From: a bacterium | Lineage (GTDB): Bacteria; Sysuimicrobiota; Sysuimicrobiia; Sysuimicrobiales; Kaftiobacteriaceae | Assembly (NCBI GenBank): GCA_044868695.1 | Contig: JBIOWP010000158.1 | Span: 1-11,155, forward strand | DNA length: 11,155 bases | Direction: 5' to 3' | In this document: positions 1 to 6,132 of the stretch, piece after piece | Layout of the letters: each line of letters opens with the position of its first letter | Numbering within the stretch: the first letter of the stretch is position 1 | Made by a program: the position numbers and the translations under genes | The notes under the pieces: model-generated | What the model saw: only the letters and a program-made list of their open reading frames with translations | What the model was told of the DNA's origin: nothing | The model's database searches: none

Positions 1-106
1 TCTTAGGACTGGTCCAAGTCTCCAGGGTTCCTGCCGCGTGGAGCGGAGTACCTGATCTTATTGCAGCATCGCCAAGGCGTCAGGTCTATGACCCAGATGA
101 GCTAAT

Positions 107-227
107 CGGTGCCAGGCACCCGGGTGCCTGGCACCGAGGTACCTGGCACCGCAGTACCTGGCACCGAGGTACCTGGCACCGAGGTACCTGGCACCGGGGT
201 ACTTGGCACCACGGCGCCTGGCAGCTA
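107..227. repeat. Tandem array of 15-bp palindromic units (consensus GGTACCTGGCACCGA): 7 direct copies plus 1 inverted copy; REP-like
   Basis: Direct units start at 123, 138, 153, 168, 183, 198 and 213 (the last is degenerate). The inverted unit at 107-120 and the first direct unit form a perfect 30-bp palindrome at 107-136 (CGGTGCCAGGCACCCGGGTGCCTGGCACCG). Confidence 0.95.
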
Positions 228-270
228 GGCTTCAAATGAGACGCGAGACACGTGGGTGTCATGGGAAGAG

Positions 271-346
271 TGGCGCGCCCGTAGGGATTTGAACCCCAGA
301 CCTTCGGCTCCGGAGGCCGACGCTCTATCCGCTGAGCTACGGGCGC
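271..346 (-). tRNA. tRNA-Arg (anticodon CCG), 76 nt, CCA encoded
   Basis: The reverse complement folds as a cloverleaf: acceptor GCGCCCG/CGGGCGC, D-arm GCTC-AGCGGATA-GAGC, anticodon arm TCGGC-CTCCGGA-GCCGA, T-arm TGGGG-TTCAAAT-CCCTA, then G-CCA. Confidence 0.98.
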
Positions 347-380
347 GCAGGCAGGCAAGAGGACGCGATATGCATCCTGA

Positions 381-409
381 ATTATATCAGCGTGCCCATA
401 CCCAAACAA
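381..409 (-). promoter_or_regulatory. Sigma70/SigA-type promoter for tRNA-Arg
   Basis: Minus strand reads TTGTTT (409-404), a 17-bp spacer, then TATAAT (386-381) with an extended -10 (TGaTATAAT), about 35 nt upstream of the tRNA 5' end. It is an AT-rich patch in GC-rich DNA. Confidence 0.8.
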
Positions 410-757
410 GGAACGAGAATTTCCCGGCGGGCGGTCGGCTTCCGCGGCGTCACGCTGGTCGGCCCACGCGGGAGGATCCTTGCGTATGCGGACAAAGCCG
501 CCGCCGGTCCAGGGACGATCGGTTTCAGCCGCGTGACGTTTGGCGCGTCGGCGCTTCCGGGCCTACTCGAAGGACGCGTACTCGGCGCCACGTTGCTAGC
601 CAACGGCCGTCCCCGCCTGCGGCTCGTCGGCTTCCGTCTCATGACCCCCACGGGTGAACAGCGGCTGCCCGGGGGCGGGTGGGCCTGCGACGCGGCGATC
701 GGGACCTTTCGGCGCCTCGTCCTCCTGAAGCGTCCTCGCCGGACACCCCGCCGGTGA
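392..757 (+). CDS. Hypothetical basic protein, 121 aa (start uncertain)
   Basis: Fills the gap between the tRNA and the helicase gene. Third codon positions are mostly G/C after the first ~10 codons. No clear SD sequence and no recognised family. Confidence 0.55.
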   Translation: MPIPKQGTRISRRAVGFRGVTLVGPRGRILAYADKAAAGPGTIGFSRVTFGASALPGLLEGRVLGATLLANGRPRLRLVGFRLMTPTGEQRLPGGGWACDAAIGTFRRLVLLKRPRRTPRR

Positions 758-848
758 CCGCGGACTGCCCGCAGCAGGCGGCGTCCAGCCCCACGTCTAC
801 CGATTTCGGCGCAGTGGCATGACACCAAGTGCAGGTCAACGCTGATAG

Positions 849-883
849 AGCGTCCCGTCGCCGCGATGATCAGACGGGACGCT
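849..883. promoter_or_regulatory. Inverted repeat (11-bp perfect stem, 13-nt loop) upstream of the DnaB-like gene
   Basis: AGCGTCCCGTC (849-859) pairs with GACGGGACGCT (873-883). There is no long U tract. Confidence 0.6.
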
Positions 884-905
884 TGGCTTGCGCGGGGTGG
901 GCCCG

Positions 906-2423
906 ATGGAAGAAGCCGCAGTCATTGAACGCACGCTGCTCAGCGGATTCATCCGTGACCGATTCCTACTCGGCCGGGCGCTGGACTCGGGATTTCGTCC
1001 GGACCTGATGCCCCACGCGCTGGGTCGGACGCTGGCGAAGGTCCTCGCCGACCTCTACGAGCAGAAGGACATCCCGCTGGAGCCACTGACCGTGCGGGGG
1101 TTGATGGGCGAACGTGGGACGATGACGCCGGAGATGCGCCGCTTCCTGGACGCGGTGGAGGCGACCGAGGAGCCCGAGGCGGCCCAGGTCATGGCCTACG
1201 TGGATATCCTGAAAGCCCGGGCGTCCCGGCTGCGCCTGGTCGAGGTCAACACGGCGATCACGACCTACCTGGAGCAGGAGCGTAGCGAGGGGAAAGATCT
1301 CGTTGATTTCGTCGGCCAGATCATTCCGTCCCTCCTGGAGATCCAGCAGCAGCGGATGGCGCGCAACACGCCACCGGCGAACAAGATCGGCGGCGCCATT
1401 GTCCGCGAGATTCTCGAAGGTCATGCGGGGTCGATGCTGGGATACTCGCTGTCGCCGTTCGACCGGCTCAGCGACGCGCTGTCCGGGATGCGCCGCGGAT
1501 TCTACTACGGGCTCGCGGGCGCGCCGCGGCGCGGCAAGACCAACTTCGCGCTGGAACTCGCCGCCACGGTGGCCGCGCGGTACAAGATCCCCGTCCTCTA
1601 CTATTCGTGGGAGCAGACCAGCCGCGTGCTGTTCGCGCGGCTGCTGGCGAAAGAGTCGCTGATCAACCCCGCGGCGCTGCTGTCCGCGGATGCGAGCTCC
1701 CCGCAGATCCAGGGGCGCGTGAAAGAGGCCTGGGCGAAACTCGAGGGCAACCTGGGCGCGCTGTATCTGTTTGAGGGCGGCCGCACCGACACCATCGAGC
1801 GCATCAAGGCCCGCGCCCACAACTTGATGCACGCCTACCAGACCGACCAGTGCGTGGTGTTCATCGATTATCTGCAGCGCGTCCCGCTCGACGAACCCGT
1901 GCATGACGACAAGGCGCGCACCGACCTGATCTCTGCCAAACTGGCCGATCTGAGCCTGGAACTCAATACGCCGGTGTTCGCCATTTCGCCGTTGGACAAG
2001 GAAGGGTGCCGTCTCGATGAAAAGCCGGCGGAGGACATCTCGGAGTTTGCGCGGCCGACGATGCACCACTGCGTGGGGAGCGGCGACCTCGAGTACGACC
2101 TGGACGTGGCGCTGGTGATGTCCAAGGACTGGGTGGCGACGAAGAACCTCGAGGATCTGCTGAAGACGGAGGCGAAAGCGGGCCGGTCCGGGAGCGACTT
2201 CGTGCCGAAGATTGACGTCATGGACGTGCACCTCGACAAGAACCGCGACGCGCCCGACACGATCGCCAACACCATCCAGTACGCCTTTTTCGTGACGCTG
2301 AACAAGTTCGTGGAGATCGGCTACAAGACGAGCGATGAGTTCAGCAGCGGGTTTCGCGACTTCGCGAAGATGCAACAGATTCTCGAGAACCTGCGCGAGG
2401 GCGGGCTGCTCTCACCGGTCTAG
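906..2423 (+). CDS. Divergent DnaB-like (SF4) helicase/ATPase with a DnaB-type N-terminal domain, 505 aa
   Basis: Walker A GAPRRGKT (1518-1541), YSWEQ (catalytic Glu, cf. FSLEM), VFIDYLQ (H2), LSLELNTPVFAISPL (H3), SGDLEYDLD (H4) and DKNRD (Lys/Arg finger). The N-terminus has PLEPLTV...AYVDILKARA.RLRL, like DnaB PIDxVTV...YAxIVxEKAxLRxL. ATG 906 follows a G-rich SD-like GGGGTGG; TTG 888 is an alternative start. Confidence 0.88.
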   Translation: MEEAAVIERTLLSGFIRDRFLLGRALDSGFRPDLMPHALGRTLAKVLADLYEQKDIPLEPLTVRGLMGERGTMTPEMRRFLDAVEATEEPEAAQVMAYVDILKARASRLRLVEVNTAITTYLEQERSEGKDLVDFVGQIIPSLLEIQQQRMARNTPPANKIGGAIVREILEGHAGSMLGYSLSPFDRLSDALSGMRRGFYYGLAGAPRRGKTNFALELAATVAARYKIPVLYYSWEQTSRVLFARLLAKESLINPAALLSADASSPQIQGRVKEAWAKLEGNLGALYLFEGGRTDTIERIKARAHNLMHAYQTDQCVVFIDYLQRVPLDEPVHDDKARTDLISAKLADLSLELNTPVFAISPLDKEGCRLDEKPAEDISEFARPTMHHCVGSGDLEYDLDVALVMSKDWVATKNLEDLLKTEAKAGRSGSDFVPKIDVMDVHLDKNRDAPDTIANTIQYAFFVTLNKFVEIGYKTSDEFSSGFRDFAKMQQILENLREGGLLSPV

Positions 2424-2533
2424 GCGAACGCCCGGCAGGAACCGGCTGCGCGGCCGGGAACTGCACCACTACCGACCCGGCGCGCACGTGGAGGCGACAC
2501 GAATCGTCGCCGGCGGCCCATCGCCCCACAGCA

Positions 2534-2950
2534 ATGGCGCCACTGCTCACAGTTCACGCGCTGTTTCCGTTGATCGCTGCCGCCGCCGCCGGGAACGCCG
2601 TGCTGGCAGCGTGGGCATTTGTCGCCCATCGCCGCCACCAGCGTGTGCTGGGGCGCGCGTTCTGGGCGCTGCTGCTCCTCGTCCTCAGTGTGCTGGCCGT
2701 GCAGGCGGCGGCGGGAGTGGCACTGGCGCTCGCCGGCGCCCGGCCGAAGACGGGGCTGCATTTCCTGTACGCGGTCCTCGTCGCCTCCGGCGCCGTGGTG
2801 CAGTTCGGGCTCCGGCCGGGCGGCTTCCTCCGCGCGGCGGTGACGCGCGACGCCGGACAGTTCGCCGAGCCCCGGTACCTCGCACTCATCTGCTTGACCG
2901 AGATGGCACTCATCCTTCGGGCGTACATGACCGGTGTTGCTGGACGCTAG
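2534..2950 (+). CDS. Hypothetical integral membrane protein, 138 aa, about 4 TM segments
   Basis: Four hydrophobic stretches and GC3-rich codons. The stop abuts the SD sequence of the next gene. Confidence 0.8.
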   Translation: MAPLLTVHALFPLIAAAAAGNAVLAAWAFVAHRRHQRVLGRAFWALLLLVLSVLAVQAAAGVALALAGARPKTGLHFLYAVLVASGAVVQFGLRPGGFLRAAVTRDAGQFAEPRYLALICLTEMALILRAYMTGVAGR

Positions 2951-2961
2951 GGGGGATCGTG

Positions 2962-3444
2962 ATGACGTGCCGCGAGCGGCTGGAGCGCTACTTTCGCGAG
3001 AACGGGGTCCGGTACGATGTGCAGTCCCACCCCGAGGTCTATACGGCGCAGGAAGTCGCCGCCGTCGAACACATCCCGGGCCGCTTCATGGCCAAGGTGG
3101 TGCTGGCCGTGGTCGATGGGACGCTGACCGCCCTCGTGCTGGCCGCGCCCAACCGCATCGACATTCCCAAGTTGAAGGCCGCGCTGGGCGCCAGAGAGGT
3201 CCGGCTGGCACGTGAGCAGGAGTTTGCCGCATCCTTCCCCGACTGCGAAGTGGGGGCGATGCCGCCCTTCGGGAACCTGTATCAGGTGCCGGTGATCGTC
3301 GACCGGTCGATGATTGACGACCCCAAGATCGTGTTTAACGCCGGCACCCACCGCGAGACGATGGCGGTGGCCTACGAAGACTTCGAACGGCTTGTGGCTC
3401 CTCGGACCGTGGAGTTCTCCGCGACCATGTCCGCTGCGAGGTGA
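2962..3444 (+). CDS. YbaK/EbsC (INS superfamily) aminoacyl-tRNA deacylase-like protein, 160 aa
   Basis: H..VYTAQEVA, conserved Lys in MAKVV, FPDCEVGAMPPFG (GxxxP loop) and FNAGTH. SD AGGGGGA lies just upstream of GTG 2959/ATG 2962. This is the real part of track ORF 2335..3444. Confidence 0.92.
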   Translation: MTCRERLERYFRENGVRYDVQSHPEVYTAQEVAAVEHIPGRFMAKVVLAVVDGTLTALVLAAPNRIDIPKLKAALGAREVRLAREQEFAASFPDCEVGAMPPFGNLYQVPVIVDRSMIDDPKIVFNAGTHRETMAVAYEDFERLVAPRTVEFSATMSAAR

Positions 3445-3704
3445 TGACGATGACGTCGATGGGACGACGCATGCCGCCCGGCGCCCGCCGGCGCGGGTTT
3501 GTCATTCCGGTGCCGCACACCCGCTCGGGACAGAAGCATGTACAGGCGTATGTGCAGACCCTGCGCCCCAACGTCAGCGACATCGCCGCGACGCTTGCGG
3601 TGGACCGCGCCGCGCTGGCGGAACTGGACGATCCTGATGAAATCGGCGCCATCTACCTGGGGGCATTCCTGGACGATCTCGGCGGACGGATGGGCGCGGC
3701 CTAG
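3441..3704 (+). CDS. Hypothetical protein, up to 87 aa (several in-frame starts)
   Basis: GTGA overlap with the YbaK-family stop, GC3-rich codons and a protein-like acidic C-terminal half. Confidence 0.65.
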   Translation: MMTMTSMGRRMPPGARRRGFVIPVPHTRSGQKHVQAYVQTLRPNVSDIAATLAVDRAALAELDDPDEIGAIYLGAFLDDLGGRMGAA

Positions 3705-3709
3705 CCCGC

Positions 3710-4060
3710 ATGCCGGTCCGCTGGCCGCGACAGCGGCGCCTCATCGGGCAGCTCCGGGACATACTGCGCCGCGATTTCGGCTGCCAGGACGCCTGGGTGG
3801 TGGTATCGGGCGGCCGGTGCCGTCTGGAGGCGCGCGCCGGCGGCCGCCGCGTGATGCTGCTGGAAGATACCGAGGACGCGTTCTGGGGGCGGTTCTACGA
3901 GCCCGTGCTGCGCGAGCGTCTGCATCTGGGCGAACGCCTCGTGGAAACCGAAACCTGGCGCAAGCCCACCCCTGATCTGATCGCGGTCCTCACGCCGTTG
4001 TGTCGGGAGCGCCTGGGACCGCCGCGTCCGGCTGGCGCGGGGCCGGGACCCGGCGCATGA
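3710..4060 (+). CDS. Hypothetical protein, 116 aa
   Basis: ATG 5 nt after the previous stop, GC3-rich codons and protein-like composition. The 3' end overlaps the convergent MFS gene by 71 bp. Confidence 0.7.
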   Translation: MPVRWPRQRRLIGQLRDILRRDFGCQDAWVVVSGGRCRLEARAGGRRVMLLEDTEDAFWGRFYEPVLRERLHLGERLVETETWRKPTPDLIAVLTPLCRERLGPPRPAGAGPGPGA

Positions 4061-5222
4061 GCAGGAGGCCGGCCAGCTGCACGACCGCCGAGGCCGCGAA
4101 GATCCAGTGCACGCCGATGCGCGGGATCAGGACCCCGGCGAGAAACGGCCCGGTCGTGGCGCGGATGCCGACCGCGGTGTTGAACAGCGTGACGTAGTGC
4201 AAGACCTGGCCCGTCGGCGCGTAATGCAGCGCGGCCGCCAGCCAGCCCAGATCGATGCCCGCTGACGTCAATCCGTCCGTCACGCCCGCGAACTGCACCA
4301 CCCACGCGTTTGGAGCCAGCAGGTAGACCAGGGGGGTGAGGATGCCGATGCTAAAGACGACTTTCATCGTGTGCGTCGCCGTCCGCCGGTCGATCATCTT
4401 GCCCCAGGAGTAGAACGAAAGCATCCACATGGTCGAGGCCACGGCGCCGAGGAGCCCGACTTGGAAGTTGGTGGCGCGGAGCTCATCCACCAGCAAGATC
4501 GGCACTGCCGGACTCATGAGCCATCCCCCGAAGCCGTACACAAAGAACGCCAGCAGGAACCGGCGGTAGGCCGCGTCGGCCCACAGGAGGCGCCAGGTCA
4601 CGGCGGGATTGATGTGCTCCGCCACCTCGATCGTCTCCGGCGTCCGCATCCGGCTGAATACGAGCGAGCTGCCCATGCCCAACACGCCTGCGGCCGCAAA
4701 GACCCACTGGAACGGGATGAGCTGCATCAGCTGGCCGCCGACCAGCGATCCGACCACCCAGACGGTGGCCATGCCGACCTTCATCAGCGCCATGATCCGG
4801 CCGCGGACATCATCTGGATAGACGGCGCGCATCACCTGTGCGTAGCCGAGGGTGTTGATCGAACTCACGGCATGGTACAGCACGACGAGGAACACGTACT
4901 GGGCGGGGGACCGGATGAAGGGCATGAGCAGGAACATCGCCCGGCCGACCAGTGCCGGCCAGACGACCAGCCGCACCGGGTGCACAGGCCGGACCGCGTT
5001 GACGATCCAGAATGACAGCAGGAAGACGATCGCGGGCGCGGCCACGAGCAACGATACCTGCAGCGGCGTGGCGCCCAGCCGGCGGCCCATCACCGGAATG
5101 AACGGAATGGTGAGGCCGCCGAACGCGCCGTACAGCAGCGCCGCGAGGAAATCGGTTTGCGCGTTGGCGCGCGTCATCGGAGGGATCGGGACGCGCAGCC
5201 AGCGACGGAGGAAGGTCATCAC
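3990..5222 (-). CDS. MFS transporter, about 410 aa
   Basis: About 12 hydrophobic helices in two halves, YPDDVRGRIM, and WGKMIDRR (motif-A-like in the C-terminal half). Start is GTG 5222 or ATG 5219. Confidence 0.9.
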   Translation of the reverse strand: MMTFLRRWLRVPIPPMTRANAQTDFLAALLYGAFGGLTIPFIPVMGRRLGATPLQVSLLVAAPAIVFLLSFWIVNAVRPVHPVRLVVWPALVGRAMFLLMPFIRSPAQYVFLVVLYHAVSSINTLGYAQVMRAVYPDDVRGRIMALMKVGMATVWVVGSLVGGQLMQLIPFQWVFAAAGVLGMGSSLVFSRMRTPETIEVAEHINPAVTWRLLWADAAYRRFLLAFFVYGFGGWLMSPAVPILLVDELRATNFQVGLLGAVASTMWMLSFYSWGKMIDRRTATHTMKVVFSIGILTPLVYLLAPNAWVVQFAGVTDGLTSAGIDLGWLAAALHYAPTGQVLHYVTLFNTAVGIRATTGPFLAGVLIPRIGVHWIFAASAVVQLAGLLLMRRVPAPRQPDAAVPGAPDTTA

Positions 5223-5262
5223 TGGTGATCAGACCCCTGGTGGCGGGCGACCAGTGCGACAT

Positions 5263-5335
5263 CTTCGGTGGACGTCCGGGCCTTCCTGTGGGGCGCGCGT
5301 GTCATTCACAGGAAGCGCGCGCGCCGATCCCGAAG
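5263..5335. promoter_or_regulatory. Back-to-back pair of CACAGGAAG-N13/14-CCGAAG motifs between divergent genes (putative alternative-sigma promoters or operator)
   Basis: Minus strand: CACAGGAAG 5290-5282 and CCGAAG 5268-5263. Plus strand: CACAGGAAG 5307-5315 and CCGAAG 5330-5335. Confidence 0.6.
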
Positions 5336-5367
5336 TGCGGATACATTCCGAATTCTTCCCGCGGATC

Positions 5368-6099
5368 ATGCGGTACGCGATCATCTCCGACGTTCACGCC
5401 AACCTGGAGGCGCTGGAGGCCGTGCTGGCGGACATCTCCGCCCGCCGGCCCGACGCGCTCCTGTGCCTGGGCGATTTCGTCGGATACGGGCCCGATCCGG
5501 TGGCCTGCGTCGACCGCCTGCGGTCACACCTGGCCGGGGCCGTCGTCGGCAACCATGATCTGGCGGCGCTCGAGCGGATTGATATCTCCACGTTCAACGC
5601 GCTCGCGCAGGCGGCCATCCTCTGGACGCGGGAGCAGCTGACCGACTCCGTCCGCCGTTACCTCGCCGGCCTGCCGCAGAAGATGACGCCGGACGGGTTC
5701 CTGGGCGTTCACGGAAGCCTGCGCGATCCCGTGGAAGAGTATATCTTCGACCCGCTCACCGCCCGCGCCAGTTTCGACGCCGCGCCGTTTCACTTCTGCG
5801 TGGTCGGCCACACGCACGTGCCGGCCGTGTACGTGGAGGCCGGCGAGGCGGTAACGGGGGAGCCGCTGCTGGCGGATCAGATCCTGTCGCTGCGGCCGGA
5901 CCGGCGCTACATCATCAACGTCGGCAGCGTCGGGCAGCCCCGGGATGGGGATCCCCGTGCGGGATTTGTCTGGCTGGATACGGAGCAGCTCAGCGCCACG
6001 CTCATCCGCCTGGACTATCCGATTGCGCAGACTCAGGAGAAGATGGCGGCCGCGGGCCTGCCCGCCATGCTGGCGGAGCGCCTGGCATTCGGACGCTGA
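5368..6099 (+). CDS. Calcineurin-like metallophosphoesterase (YfcE/MJ0912-like), 243 aa
   Basis: SDVHAN, LGDFVGYG, GNHD, HGS, GHTH and NVGSVGQPRDG motifs. The true start is ATG 5368, inside track ORF 4852..6099. Confidence 0.93.
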   Translation: MRYAIISDVHANLEALEAVLADISARRPDALLCLGDFVGYGPDPVACVDRLRSHLAGAVVGNHDLAALERIDISTFNALAQAAILWTREQLTDSVRRYLAGLPQKMTPDGFLGVHGSLRDPVEEYIFDPLTARASFDAAPFHFCVVGHTHVPAVYVEAGEAVTGEPLLADQILSLRPDRRYIINVGSVGQPRDGDPRAGFVWLDTEQLSATLIRLDYPIAQTQEKMAAAGLPAMLAERLAFGR

Positions 6100-6132
6100 G
6101 TACGGCCACGTGTCGTATCGAGAGGTGAAGAC

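Noticed and set aside
107..227. CRISPR array
   Set aside because: Units are 15 bp and directly tandem with no unique spacers, and there are no cas genes in the window.
86..409. Minus-strand 107-aa ORF with CQVPR repeats (Cys-rich peptide)
   Set aside because: It starts in the tRNA promoter and runs through the whole tRNA. The Cys repeats are a by-product of the DNA repeat.
810..860. Possible fluoride or other riboswitch (GCTGAT/ATGAC words)
   Set aside because: The order and pairing of conserved elements do not fit, and the downstream gene is not a typical target.
966..2375. 469-aa antisense ORF
   Set aside because: Shadow frame of the GC3-rich DnaB-like gene, with no recognisable motifs.
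2335..2961. Long N-terminal extension or fusion on the YbaK-family ORF
   Set aside because: Arg/Pro/Gly-rich off-frame read of the DnaB tail and the membrane gene. A good SD and start exist at 2959-2962.
2959..5222. Three genes beginning GTG-ATG-ACN (2959, 3441 and 5222 on the minus strand)
   Set aside because: The match is short and partly forced by a GTGA stop/start overlap, so it is plausibly chance.
4852..5367. N-terminal extension of the metallophosphoesterase
   Set aside because: It overlaps the opposite-strand MFS gene and the promoter region. The family motif starts at MRYAIISD (5368).
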